Shown here: positions 38,831 to 54,200 of the stretch, in pieces | Layout: every line of letters begins with the position of its first letter | How positions within the stretch are numbered: position 1 is the stretch's first letter | Origin: Antedon mediterranea | Taxonomy: Eukaryota; Animalia; Echinodermata | Assembly: GCF_964355755.1 (NCBI RefSeq) | Contig: NC_092677.1 | Location: forward strand, 21,129,175 to 21,193,174 | DNA length: 64,000 nt | Reading direction: 5' to 3' | Position numbers and translations under genes: made by a program | Notes under the pieces: generated by a model | Told to the model about the DNA's origin: nothing | What the model saw: only the letters and a program-made list of their open reading frames with translations | The model's database searches: none

Positions 38831-41800
38831 GTGTACAGAATAGCTTTAAATCGCATTTGGAGACGTTTTAGACCATTTTGTAGTTTTCGAAAAAACTTGT
38901 TAACATAAAAACACAAAAGAGCTTCAAATCGCATTTGGAGACGTTTTAGACCCTTTTGTGCATTTCGATGAAACTTGGTTACACAAAAACATCAAAGTGC
39001 TTAAAATCACATTAGAAACCGTTTTAGACCATTTTGAGCATTTCGTTAAAACTTTTCACACAAAAACATCAAAGTCCACAAAATAGCTTAATATCGTATT
39101 TAAAAACGTTTTAGACAATTTTGAGCATTTCGAAAAAACTTTTTCACACAAAACATCAAAGTTTACAAAATAGCTTCAAATCGCATTTGGAGACGTTTTA
39201 GACCATTTTGTGATTTTCGAAAAAACTTGTTAACATAAAAACACCAAAGTGCTCAGAATACCTTCAAATCGCATTTTGAGACGTTTTAGACCATTTTGTT
39301 CATTTCGATGAAACAAAAACACAAAAACATCAAATTGCACAAAATGGCTTAATATGATATGGGAAAACGTTTTAGACCATTTTGAACATTTCGTTAAAAG
39401 TTTTCACACAAAAACATCAAAGTCCACAAAATAGCTTAATATCGTATTTAAAAACGTTTTAAACCATTTTGAGCATTTCGAAAAAACTTTTTCACACAAA
39501 ACATCAAAGTTTACAAAATAGCTTCAAATCGCATTTGGAGACGTTTTAAACCATTTTGAGCATTTCGATAAAATTTTACACACAAAAACATCAAAGTGCA
39601 CAAAATAGCTTAATATGGTATTTAAAAACGTTTTAGACCATTTTGAGCATTTCAACAAAACTTTTTCTCACAAAACATCAAAGTGTACAGAATAGCTTCA
39701 AATCGCATTTGGAGACGTTTTAGACAATTTTGTGCATTTCGATGAAACTTGGTTACACAAAAACATCAAAGTGCTTAAAATCACATTTTGAGCATTTCGT
39801 TAAAACTTTTCACACAAAAACATCAAAGTCCACAAAATAGCTTAATATCGTATTTAAAAACGTTTTAAACCATTTTGAGCATTTCGAAAAAACTTTTTCA
39901 CACAAAACATCAAAGTTTACAAAATAGCTTCAAATCGCATTTGGAGACGTTTTAGACCATTTTGTGATTTTCGAAAAAACTTGTTAACATAAAAACACCA
40001 AAGTGCTCAGAATACCTTCAAATCGCATTTGGAGACGTTTTAGACCATTTTGTGATTTTCGAAAAAACTTGTTAACATAAAAACACCAAAGTGCTTAGAA
40101 AAGCTTCAAATCGCATTTGGAGACGTTTTAGACCATTTTGTGCATTTCGATGAAACTTGGTTACACAAAAACATCAAAGTGCTTAAAATCACATTTTGAG
40201 CATTTCGTTAAAACTTTTCACACAAAAACATCAAAGAGTAAAAAATAGCTTAATATCGTATTTAAAAACGTTTTAGACCATTTTGAGCATTTCGACAAAA
40301 TTTTTTCACACAAAACATCAAAGTGTACAGAATAGCTTTAAATCGCATTTGGAGACGTTTTAGACCATTTTGTTCATTTCGATGAAACAAAAACACAAAA
40401 ACATCAAATTGCACAAAATGGCTTAATATGATATGGGAAAACGTTTTAGACCATTTTGAACATATCGTTAAAAGTTTTCACACAAAAACATCAAAGTCCA
40501 CAAAATAGCTTAATATCGTATTTAAAAACGTTTTAGACCATTTTGAGCATTTCGAAAAATTTTTTCACACAAAACATCAAAGTTTACAAAATAGCTTCAA
40601 ATCGCATTTGGAGACGTTTTAGACCATTTTGTGATTTTCGAAAAAACTTGTTAACATAAAAACACCAAAGTGCGCAGAATACCTTCAAATCGCATTTGGA
40701 GACGTTTAGACCCTTTTGTGCATTTCGATGAAACTTGGTTACACAAAAACATCAAAGTGCTTAAAATCACATTAGAAACCGTTTTAGACCATTTTGAGCA
40801 TTTCGTTAAAATTTTTCACAGAAAAACATCAAAGAGCAAAAAATAGCTTAATATCGTATTTAAAAACGTTTTAGACCATTTTGAGCATTTCGACAAAACT
40901 TTTTCACACAAAACATCAAAGTGTACAGAATAGCTTCAAATCGCATTTGGAGACGTTTTAACCCATTTTGAGCATTTCGATAAAATTTTACACACAAAAA
41001 CATCAAAGTGCACAAAATAGCTTAATATGGTATTTAAAAACGTTTTAGACCATTTTGTGCATTTCGATGAAACTTGGTTACACAAAAACATCAAAGTGCT
41101 TAAAATCACATTTTGAGCATTTCGTTAAAACTTTTCACACAAAAACATCAAAGAGTAAAAAATAGCCCAATATCGTATTTAAAAACGTTTTAGAACATTT
41201 TGAGCATTTCGACAAAATTTTTTCACACAAAACATCAAAGTGTACAGAATAGCTTTAAATCGCATTTGGAGACGTTTTAGACCATTTTGTTCATTTCGAT
41301 GAAACAAAAACACAAAAACATCAAATTGCACAAAATGGCTTAATATGATATGGGAAAACGTTTTAGACCATTTTGAACATATCGTTAAAAGTTTTCACAC
41401 AAAAACATCAAAGTCCACAAAATAGCTTAATATCGTATTTAAAAACGTTTTAGACCATTTTGAGCAATTCGAAAAATTTTTTCACACAAAACATCAAAGT
41501 TTACAAAATAGCTTCAAATCGCATTTGGAGACGTTTTAGACCATTTTGTGATTTTCGAAAAAACTTGTTAACATAAAAACACCAAAGTACTCAGAATACC
41601 TTCAAATGGCATTTTGAGACGTTTTAGACCATTTTGTGATTTTCGAAAAAACAACATAAAAACACCAAAGTGCTCAGAATACCTTCAAATCGCATTTGGA
41701 GACGTTTTAGACCATTTTGTGATTTTCGAAAAAACTTGTTAACATAAAAACACCAAAGTGCTCAGAATACCTTCAAATCGTATTTTGAGACGTTTTAGAC

Positions 41801-44800
41801 AATTTTGTGATTTTCGAAAAAACTTGTTAACATAAAAACACCAAAGTGCTTAGAAAAGCTTCAAATCGCATTTGGAGACGTTTTAGACCATTTTGTGCAT
41901 TTCGATGAAACTTGGTTACACAAAAACATCAAAGTGTACAGAATAGCTTCAAATCGCATTAGAAACCGTTTTAGACCATTTTAAGCATTTCGAAAAAAAT
42001 TTTTCACACAAAACATCAAAGTGTACAAAATAGCTTCAAATCGCATTTTGAGACGTTTTAGACAATTTTGTGATTTTCGAAAAAACTTGTTTACATAAAA
42101 ACACCAAAGTGCTTAGAAAAGCTTCAAATCGCATTTGGAGACGTTTTAAACCATTTTGTTCATTTCGATGAAACTTGGTTACACAAAAACATCAAAGAGC
42201 ACAAAAGTATTTAAAAACGTTTTAGACCATTTTGAGCATTCCGTCAAAACTTTTTCACACAAAACATCAAAGTGTACAGAATAGCTTTAAATCGCATTTG
42301 GAGACGTTTTAGACCATTTTGTAGTTTTCGAAAAAACTTGTTAACATAAAAACACAAAAGAGCTTCAAATCGCATTTGGAGACGTTTTAGACCCTTTTGT
42401 GCGTTTCGATGAAACTTGGTTACACAAAAACATCAAAGTGCTTAAAATCAAATTAGAAACTGTTTTAGACCATTTTGAGCATTTCGTTAAAACTTTTCAC
42501 ACAAAAACATCAAAGTCCACAAAATAGCTTAATATCGTATTTAAAAACGTTTTAGACCATTTTGAGCATTTCGAAAAAACTTTTTCACACAAAACATCAA
42601 AGTTTACAAAATAGCTTCAAATCGCATTTGGAGACGTTTTAGACCATTTTGTGATTTTCGAAAAAACTTGTTAACATAAAAACACCAAAGTGCTCAGAAA
42701 AGCTTCAAATCGCATTTGGAGACGTTTTAAACCATTTTGTTCATTTCGATGAAACTTGGTTACACAAAAACATCAAAGAGCACAAAAGTATTTAAAAACG
42801 TTTTAGACCATTTTGAGCATTCCGACAAAACTTTTCACACAAAACATCAAAGTGTACAGAATAGCTTTAAATCGCATTTGGAGACGTTTTAACCCATTTT
42901 GAGCATTTCGATAAAATTTTACACACAAAAACATCAAAGTGCACAAAATAGCTTAATATGGTATTTAAAAACGTTTTAGACCATTTTGAGCATTTCAACA
43001 AAACTTTTTCTCACAAAACATCAAAGTGTACAGAATAGCTTCAAATCGCATTTGGGGACGTTTTAGACCATTTTGTGCATTTCGATGAAACTTGGTTACA
43101 CAAAAACATCAAAGTGCTTAAAATCACATTTTGAGCATTTCGTTAAAACTTTTCACACAAAAACATCAAAGTCCACAAAATAGCTTAATATCGTATTTAA
43201 AAACGTTTTAGACCATTTTGAGCATTTCGAAAAAACTTTTCCACACAAAACATCAAAGTTTACAAAATAGCTTCAAATCGCATTTGGAGACGTTTTAGAC
43301 CATTTTGTGATTTTCGTAAAAACTTGTTAACATAAAAACACCAAAGTGCTTAGAAAAGCTTCAAATCGCATTTGGAGACGTTTTAGACCATTTTGTGCAT
43401 TTCGATGAAACTTGGTTACACAAAAACATCAAAGTGCTTAAAATCACATTTTGAACATTTCGTTAAAAGTTTTCACACAAAAACATCAAAGAGTAAAAAA
43501 TAGCTTAATATCGTATTTAAAAACGTTTTAGACCACTTTGAGCATTTCGAAAAAACTTTTCCACACAAAACATCAAAGTTTACAAAATAGCTTCAAATCG
43601 CATTTGGAGACGTTTTAGACCATTTTGTGATTTTCGAAAAAACTTGTTAACATAAAAACACCAAAGTGCTCAGAATACCTTCAAATCGTATTTTGAGACG
43701 TTTTAGACAATTTTGTGATTTTCGAAAAAACTTGTTAACATAAAAACACCAAAGTGCTTAGAAAAGCTTCAAATCGCATTTGGAGACGTTTTAGACCATT
43801 TTGTGCATTTCGATGAAACTTGGTTACACAAAAACATCAAAGTGTACAGAATAGCTTCAAATCGCATTAGAAACCGTTTTAGACCATTTTAAGCATTTCG
43901 AAAAAAATTTTTCACACAAAACATCAAAGTGTACAAAATAGCTTCAAATCGCATTTTGAGACGTTTTAGACAATTTTGTGATTTTCGAAAAAACTTGTTT
44001 ACATAAAAACACCAAAGTGCTTAGAAAAGCTTCAAATCGCATTTGGAGACGTTTTAAACCATTTTGTTCATTTCGATGAAACTTGGTTACACAAAAACAT
44101 CAAAGAGCACAAAAGTATTTAAAAACGTTTTAGACCATTTTGAGCATTCCGTCAAAACTTTTTCACACAAAACATCAAAGTGTACAGAATAGCTTTAAAT
44201 CGCATTTGGAGACGTTTTAGACCATTTTGTAGTTTTCGAAAAAACTTGTTAACATAAAAACACAAAAGAGCTTCAAATCGCATTTGGAGACGTTTTAGAC
44301 CCTTTTGTGCGTTTCGATGAAACTTGGTTACACAAAAACATCAAAGTGCTTAAAATCAAATTAGAAACTGTTTTAGACCATTTTGAGCATTTCGTTAAAA
44401 CTTTTCACACAAAAACATCAAAGTCCACAAAATAGCTTAATATCGTATTTAAAAACGTTTTAGACCATTTTGAGCATTTCGAAAAAACTTTTTCACACAA
44501 AACATCAAAGTTTACAAAATAGCTTCATATCGCATTTGGAGACGTTTTAGACCATTTTGTGATTTTCGAAAAAACTTGTTAACATAAAAACACCAAAGTG
44601 CTCAGAATACCTTCAAATCGCATTTTGAGACGTTTTAGACCATTTTGTTCATTTCGATGAAACAAAAACACAAAAACATCAAATTGCACAAAATGGCTTA
44701 ATATGATATGGGAAAACGTTTTAGACCATTTTGAACATTTCGTTAAAAGTTTTCACACAAAAACATCAAAGTCCACAAAATAGCTTAATATCGTATTTAA

Positions 44801-47800
44801 AAACGTTTTAGACCATTTTGAGCATTTCGAAAAAACTTTTCCACACAAAACATCAAAGTTTACAAAATAGCTTCAAATCGCATTTGGAGACGTTTTAGAC
44901 CATTTTGTGATTTTCGAAAAAACTTGTTAACATAAAAACACAAAAGTGCTCAGAATACCTTCAAATCGCATTTGGAGACGTTTTAGACCATTTTGTGATT
45001 TTCGAAAAAACTTGTTTACATAAAAACACCAAAGTGCTTAGAAAAGCTTCAAATCGCATTTGGAGACGTTTTAAACCATTTTGTTCATTTCGATGAAACT
45101 TGGTTACACAAAAACATCAAAGAGCACAAAAGTATTTAAAAACGTTTTAGACCATTTTGTGCATTCCGACAAAACTTTTTCACACAAAACATCAAAGTGT
45201 AAAGAATAGCTTTAAATCGCATTTGGAGACGTTTTAGACCATTTTGTAGTTTTCGAAAAAACTTGTTAACATAAAAACACCAAAGAGCTTCAAATCGCAT
45301 TTGGAGACGTTTTAGACCCTTTTGTGCATTTCGATGAAACTTGGTTACACAAAAACATCAAAGTGCTTAAAATCACATTAGAAACCGTTTTAGACCATTT
45401 TGAGCATTTCGTTAAAACTTTTCACACAAAAACATCAAAGTCCACAAAATAGCTTAATATCGTATTTAAAAACGTTTTAGACCATTTTGAGCATTTCGAA
45501 AAAACTTTTTCACACAAAACATCAAAGTTTACAAAATAGCTTCAAATCGCATTTGGAGACGTTTTAGACCATTTTGTGATTTTCGAAAAAACTTGTTAAC
45601 AAAAAAACACCAAAGTGCTCAGAATACCTTCAAATCGCATTTTGAGACGTTTTAGACCATTTTTTGATTTTCGAAAAAACAACATAAAAACACCAAAGTG
45701 CTCAGAATACCTTCAAATCGCATTTGGAGACGTTTTAGACCATTTTGTGATTTTCGAAAAAACTTGTTAACATAAAAACACCAAAGAGCTCAGAATACCT
45801 TCATTCGTATTTTGAGACGTTTTAGACAATTTTGTGATTTTCGAAAAAACTTGTTAACATAAAAACACCAAAGTGCTTAGAAAAGCTTCAAATCGCATTT
45901 GGAGACGTTTTAGACCATTTTGTGCATTTCGATGAAACTTGGTTACACAAAAACATCAAAGTGTACAGAATAGCTTCAAATCGCATTAGAAACCGTTTTA
46001 GACCATTTTGAGAATTTCGAAAAAACTTTTTCACACCAAACATCAAAGTGTACAAAATAGCTTCAAATCGCATTTGGAGACGTTTTAGACAATTTTGTGA
46101 TTTTCGAAAAAACTTGTTTACATAAAAACACGAAAGTGCTAAGAATAGCTTCCAATCGCATTTGGAGACGTTTTAGACCCTTTTGTGCATTTCGATGAAA
46201 CTTGGTTACACAAAAACATCAAAGTGCTTAAAATCACATTAGAAACCGTTTTAGACCATTTTGAGCATTTCGTTAAAATTTTTCACAGAAAAACATCAAA
46301 GAGCAAAAAATAGCTTAATATCTTATTTAAAAACGTTTTAGACCATTTTGAGCATTTCGACAAAACTTTTTCACACAAAATATCAAAGTGTACAGAATAG
46401 CTTCAAATCGCATTTGGAGACGTTTTAACCCATTTTGAGCATTTCGATAAAATTTTACACACAAAAACATCAAAGTGCACAAAATAGCTTAATATGGTAT
46501 TTAAAAACGTTTTAGACCATTTTGAGCATTTCAACAAAACTTTTTCTCACAAAACATCAAAGTGTACAGAATAGCTTCAAATCGCATTTAGAGACGTTTT
46601 AGACCATTTTGTGCATTTCGATGAAACTTGGTTACACAAAAACATCAAAGTGCTTAAAATCACATTTTGAGCATTTCGTTAAAACTTTTCACACAAAAAC
46701 ATCAAAGTCCACAAAATAGCTTAATATCGTATTTAAAAACGTTTTAGACCATTTTGAGCATTTCGAAAAAACTTTTCCACACAAAACATCAAAGTTTACA
46801 AAATAGCTTCAAATCGCATTTGGAGACGTTTTAGACCATTTTGTGATTTTCGAAAAAACTTGTTAACATAAAAACACCAAAGTGCTCAGAATACCTTCAA
46901 ATCGCATTTGGAGACGTTTTAGACCCTTTTGTGCATTTCGATGAAACTTGGTTACACAAAAACATCAAAGTGCTTAAAATCACATTAGAAACCGTTTTAG
47001 ACCATTTTGAGCATTTCGTTAAAATTTTTCACAGAAAAACATCAAAGAGCAAAAAATAGCTTAATATCTTATTTAAAAACGTTTTAGACCATTTTGAGCA
47101 TTTCGACAAAACTTTTTCACACAAAATATCAAAGTGTACAGAATAGCTTCAAATCGCATTTGGAGACGTTTTAACCCATTTTGAGCATTTCGATAAAATT
47201 TTACACACAAAAACATCAAAGTGCACAAAATAGCTTAATATGGTATTTAAAAACGTTTTAGACCATTTTGAGCATTTCAACAAAACTTTTTCTCACAAAA
47301 CATCAAAGTGTACAGAATAGCTTCAAATCGCATTTGAAGACGTTTTAGACCATTTTGTGCATTTCGATGAAACTTGGTTACACAAAAACATCAAAGTGCT
47401 TAAAATCACATTTTGAGCATTTCGTTAAAACTTTTCACACAAAAACATCAAAGTCCACAAAATAGCTTAATATCGTATTTAAAAACGTTTTAGACCATTT
47501 TGAGCATTTCGAAAAAACTTTTCCACACAAAACATCAAAGTTTACAAAATAGCTTCAAATCGCATTTGGAGACGTTTTAGACCATTTTGTGATTTTCGAA
47601 AAAACTTGTTAACATAAAAACACCAAAGTGCTCAGAATACCTTCAAATCGCATTTGGAGACGTTTTAGACCCTTTTGTGCATTTCGATGAAACTTGGTTA
47701 CACAAAAATATCAAAGTGCTTAAAATCACATTAGAAACCGTTTTAGACCATTTTGAGCATTTCGTTAAAATTTTTCACAGAAAAACATCAAAGAGCAAAA

Positions 47801-48299
47801 AATATCTTAATCTCGTATTTAAAAACGTTTTAGACCATTTTGAGCATTTCGACAAAACTTTTTCACACAAAACATCAAAGTGTACAAAATAGCTTCAAAT
47901 CGCATTTGGAGACGTTTTAACCCATTTTGAGCATTTCGATAAAATTTTACACACAAAAACATCAAAGTGCACAAAATAGCTTAATATGGTATTTAAAAAC
48001 GTTTTAGACCATTTTGAGCATTTCAACAAAACTTTTTCTCACAAAACATCAAAGTGTACAGAATAGCTTCAAATCGCATTTGGAGACGTTTTAGACCATT
48101 TTGTGCATTTCGATGAAACTTGGTTACACAAAAACATCAAAGTGCTTAAAATCACATTTTGAGCATTTCGTTAAAACTTTTCACACAAAAACATCAAAGT
48201 CCACAAAATAGCTTAATATCGTATTTAAAAACGTTTTAGACCATTTTGAGCATTTCGAAAAAACTTTTCCACACGAAACATCAAAGTTTACAAAATAGC

Positions 48300-51200
48300 T
48301 TCAAATCGCATTTGGAGACGTTTTAGACCATTTTGTGATTTTCGAAAAAACTTGATAACATAAAAACACCAAAGTGCTCAGAATACCTTCAAATCGTGTT
48401 TTGAGACGTTTTAGACCATTTTGTAATTTTCGAAAAAACTTGTTAACATAAAAACACCAAAGTGCTCAGAATACCTTCACATCGCATTTTGAGACGTTTT
48501 AGACCATTTTGTGATTTTCGAAAAAACTTGTTAACATAAAAACACCAAAGTGCTTAGAAAAGCTTGAAATCGCATTTGGAGACGTTTTAGACCATTTTGT
48601 GCATTTCGATGAAACTTGGTTACACAAAAACATCAAAGTGCTTAAAATCACATTTTGAGCATTTCGTTAAAACTTTTCACACAAAAACATCAAAGTCCAC
48701 AAAATAGCTTAATATCGTATTTAAAAACGTTTTAGACCATTTTGAGCATTTCGAAAAAACTTTTCCACACAAAACATCAAAGTTTACAAAATAGCTTTAA
48801 ATCGCATTTGGAGACGTTTTAGACCATTTTGTTCATTTCGATGAAACAAAAACACAAAAACATCAAATTGCACAAAATGGCTTAATATGATATGGGAAAA
48901 CGTTTTAGACCATTTTTAACATTTCGTTAAAAGTTTTCACAAAAAAACATCAAAGTCCACAAAATAGCTTAATATCGTATTTAAAAACGTTTTAGACCAT
49001 TTTGAGCATTTCGAAAAAACTTTTTCACACAAAACATCAAAGTTTACAAAATAGCTTCAAATCGCATTTGGAGACGTTTTAGACCATTTTGTGATTTTCG
49101 AAAAAACTTGTTAACATAAAAACACCAAAGTGCTCAGAATACCTTCAAATCGCATTTTGAGACGTTTTAGACCATTTTGTGATTTTCGAAAAAACTTGTT
49201 AACATAAAAACACCAAAGTGCTCAGAATACCTTCAAATCGTGTTTTGAGACGTTTTAGACCATTTTGTGATTTTGGAAAAACTTGTTAACATAAAAACAC
49301 CAAAGTGCTCAGAATACCTTCAAATCGCATTTGGAGACGTTTTAGACCATTTTGTGATTTTCGAAAAAACTTGTTAACATAAAAACACCAAAGTGCTCAG
49401 AAAAGCTTCAAATCGCAATTGGAGACGTTTTAAACCATTTTGTTCATTTCGATGAAACTTGGTTACACAAAAACATCAAATTGCACAAAATGGCTTAATA
49501 TGGTATGGGAAAACGTTTTAGACCATTTTGAACATTTCGAGAAAACTTTTTCACACAAAACTTCAAAGTGTACAGAATAGCTTCAAATCGCATTAGAAAC
49601 CGTTTTAGACCATTTTGAGCATTTCGAAAAAACTTTTTCACACAAAACATCAAAGTTTACAAAATAGCTTCAAATCGCATTTGGAGACGTTTTAGACCAT
49701 TTTGTGATTTTCGAAAAAACTTGTTAACATAAAAACACCAAAGTGCTCAGAATACCTTCAAATCGCATTTTGAGACGTTTTAGACCATTTTGTGATTTTC
49801 AAAAAAACTTGTTAACATAAAAATACCAAAGTGCTCAGAATACCTTCAAATCGCATTTGGAGACGTTTTAGACCATTTTGTGATTTTCGAAAAAAATTGT
49901 TAACATAAAAACACCAAAGTGCTCAGAAAAGCTTCAAATCGCATTTGGAGACGTTTTAAACCATTTTGTTCATTTCGATGAAACTTGGTTACACAAAAAC
50001 ATCAAAGAGCACAAAAGTATTTAAAAACGTTTTAGACCATTTTGAGCATTCCGACAAAACTTTTTCACACAAAACATCAAAGTGTACAGAATAGCTTTAA
50101 ATCGCATTTGGAGACGTTTTAGACCATTTTGTAGTTTTCGAAAAAACTTGTTAACATAAAAACACAAAAGAGCTTCAAATCGCATTTGGAGACGTTTTAG
50201 ACCCTTTTGTGCATTTCGATGAAACTTGGTTACACAAAAACATCAAAGTGCTTAAAATCACATTAGAAACCGTTTTAGACCATTTTGAGCATTTCGTTAA
50301 AACTTTTCACACAAAAACATCAAAGTCCACAAAATAGCTTAATATCGTATTCAAAAACGTTTTAGACCATTTTGAGCATTTCGAAAAAACTTTTTCACAC
50401 AAAACATCAAAGTTTACAAAATAGCTTCAAATCGCATTTGGAGACGTTTTAGACCATTTTGTGATTTTCGAAAAAAACTTGTTAACATAAAAACACGAAA
50501 GTGCTCAGAATACCTTCAAATCGCATTTTGAGACGTTTTAGACCATTTTGTGATTTTCGAAAAAACAACATAAAAACACCAAAGTGCTCAGAATACCTTC
50601 AAATCGCATTTGGAGACGTTTTAGACCATTTTGTGATTTTGGAAAAAACTTGTTAACATAAAAACACCAAAGTGCTTAGAAAAGCTTCAAATCGCATTTG
50701 GAGACGTTTTAGACCCTTTTGTGCATTTCGATGAAACTTGGTTACACAAAAACATCAAAGTGCTTAAAATCACAGTAGAAACCGTTTTAGACCATTTTGA
50801 GCATTTCGTTAAAATTTTTCACAGAAAAACATCAAAGAGCAAAAAATAGCTTAATATCGTATTTAAAAACGTTTTAGACCATTTTGAGCATTTCGACAAA
50901 ACTTTTTCACACAAAACATCAAAGTGTACAGATAAGCTTCAAATCGCATTTGGAGACGTTTTAAACCATTTTGAGCATTTCGATAAAATTTTACACACAA
51001 AAACATCAAAGTGCACAAAATAGCTTAATATGGTATTTAAAAACGTTTTAGACCATTTTGAGCATTTCAACAAAACTTTTTCTCACAAAACATCAAAGTG
51101 TACAGAATAGCTTCAAATCGCATTTGGAGACGTTTTAGACCATTTTGTGCATTTCGATGAAACTTGGTTACACAAAAACATCAAAGTGCTTAAAATCACA

Positions 51201-54200
51201 TTTTGAGCATTTCGTTAAAACTTTTCACACAAAAACATCAAAGTCCACAAAATAGCTTAATATCTTATTTAAAAACGTTTTAGACCATTTTGTGATTTTC
51301 GAAAAAACTTGTTAACACAAAACATCAAAGTTTACAAAATAGCTTCAAATCGCATTTGGAGACGTTTTAGACCATTTTGTGATTTTCGAAAAAACTTGTT
51401 AACATAAAAACACCAAAGTGCTTAGAAAAGCTTCAAATCGCATTTGGAGATGTTTTAGACCATTTTGTGCATTTCGATGAAACTTGGTTACACAAAAACA
51501 TCAAAGTGCTTAAAATCACATTTTGAGCATTTCGTTAAAACTTTTCACACAAAAACATCAAAGTCCACAAAATAGCTTAATATCGTATTTAAAAACGTTT
51601 TAGACCATTTTTAGCATTTCAAAAAAACTTTTCCACACAAAACATCAAAGTTTACAAAATAGCTTCAAATCGCATTTGGAGACGTTTTAGACCATTTTGT
51701 GATTTTCGAAAAAACTTGTTAACATAAAAACACCAAAGTGCTCAGAATACCTTCAAATCGTGTTTTGAGACGTTTTAGACCATTTTGTAATTTTCGAAAA
51801 AACTTTTTAACATAAAAACACCAAAGTGCTCAGAATACCTTCACATCGCATTTTGAGACGTTTTAGACCATTTTGTGATTTTCGAAAAAACTTGTTAACA
51901 TAAAAACACCAAAGTGCTTAGAAAAGCTTGAAATCGCATTTGGAGACGTTTTAGACCATTTTGTGCATTTCGATGAAACTTGGTTACACAAAAACATCAA
52001 AGTGCTTAAAATCACATTTTGAGCATTTCGTTAAAACTTTTCACACAAAAACATCAAAGAGTAATAAATAGCTTAATATCGTATTTAAAAACGTTTTAGA
52101 CCATTTTGAGCATTTCGACAAAATTTTTTCAAACAAAACATCAAAGTGTACAGAATAGCTTTAAATCGCATTTGGAGACGTTTTAGACCATTTTGTTCAT
52201 TTCGATGAAACAAAAACACAAAAACATCAAATTGCACAAAATGGCTTAATATGATATGGGAAAACGTTTTAGACCATTTTGAACATTTCGTTAAAAGTTT
52301 TCACACAAAAACATCAAAGTCCACAAAATAGCTTAATATCGTATTTAAAAACGTTTTAGACCATTTTGAGCATTTCGAAAAAACTTTTTCACACAAAACA
52401 TCAAAGTTTACAAAATAGCTTCAAATCGCATTTGGAGACGTTTTAGACCATTTTGTGATTTTCGAAAAAACTTGTTAACATAAAAACACCAAAGTGCTAG
52501 CTTAATATCGTATTTAAAAACGTTTTAGACCATTTTGAGCATTTCGAAAAAACTTTTTCACACAAAACATCAAAGTTTACAAAATAGCTTCAAATCGCAT
52601 TTGGAGACGTTTTAGACCATTTTGTGATTTTCGAAAAAACTTGTTAACATAAAAACACCAAAGTGCTCAGAATACCTTCAAATCGTGTTTTGAGACGTTT
52701 TAGACCATTTTGTAATTTTCGAAAAAACTTGTTAACATAAAAACACCAAAGTGCTCAGAATACCTTCACATCGCATTTTGAGACGTTTTAGACCATTTTG
52801 TGATTTTCGAAAAAACTTGTTAACATAAAAACACCAAAGTGCTTAGAAAAGCTTGAAATCGCATTTGGAGACGTTTTAGACCATTTTGTGCATTTCGATG
52901 AAACTTGGTTACACAAAAACATCAAAGTGCTTAAAATCACATTTTGAGCATTTCGTTAAAACTTTTCACACAAAAACATCAAAGTCCACAAAATAGCTTA
53001 ATATCGTATTTAAAAACGTTTTAGACCATTTTGAGCATTTCGAAAAAACTTTTCCACACAAAACATCAAAGTTTACAAAATAGCTTTAAATCGCATTTGG
53101 AGACGTTTTAGACCATTTTGTTCATTTCGATGAAACAAAAACACAAAAACATCAAATTGCACAAAATGGCTTAATATGATATGGGAAAACGTTTTAGACC
53201 ATTTTGAACATTTCGTTAAAAGTTTTCACAAAAAAACATCAAAGTCCACAAAATAGCTTAATATCGTATTTAAAAACGTTTTAGACCATTTTGAGCATTT
53301 CGAAAAAACTTTTTCACACAAAACATCAAAGTTTACAAAATAGCTTCAAATCGCATTTGGAGACGTTTTAGACCATTTTGTGATTTTCGAAAAAACTTGT
53401 TAACATAAAAACACCAAAGTGCTCAGAATACCTTCAAATCGCATTTTGAGACGTTTTAGACCATTTTGTGATTTTCGAAAAAACTTGTTAACATAAAAAC
53501 ACCAAAGTGCTCAGAATACCTTCAAATCGTGTTTTGAGACGTTTTAGACCATTTTGTGATTTTGAAAAAACTTGTTAACATAAAAACACCAAAGTGCTCA
53601 GAATACCTTCAAATCGCATTTGGAGACGTTTTAGACCATTTTGTGATTTTCGAAAAAACTTGTTAACATAAAAACACCAAAGTGCTCAAAAAAGCTTCAA
53701 ATCGCAATTGGAGACGTTTTAAACCATTTTGTTCATTTCGATGAAACTTGGTTACACAAAAACATCAAATTGCACAAAATGGCTTAATATGGTATGGGAA
53801 AACGTTTTAGACCATTTTGAACATTTCGAGAAAACTTTTTCACACAAAACTTCAAAGTGTACAGAATAGCTTCAAATCGCATTAGAAACCGTTTTAGACC
53901 ATTTTGAGCATTTCGAAAAAACTTTTTCACACAAAACATCAAAGTTTACAAAATAGCTTCAAATCGCATTTGGAGACGTTTTAGACCATTTTGTGATTTT
54001 CGAAAAAACTTGTTAACATAAAAACACCAAAGTGCTCAGAATACCTTCAAATCGCATTTTGAGACGTTTTAGACCATTTTGTGATTTTCAAAAAAACTTG
54101 TTAACATAAAAATACCAAAGTGCTCAGAATACCTTCAAATCGCATTTGGAGACGTTTTAGACCATTTTGTGATTTTCGACAAAAATTGTTAACATAAAAA

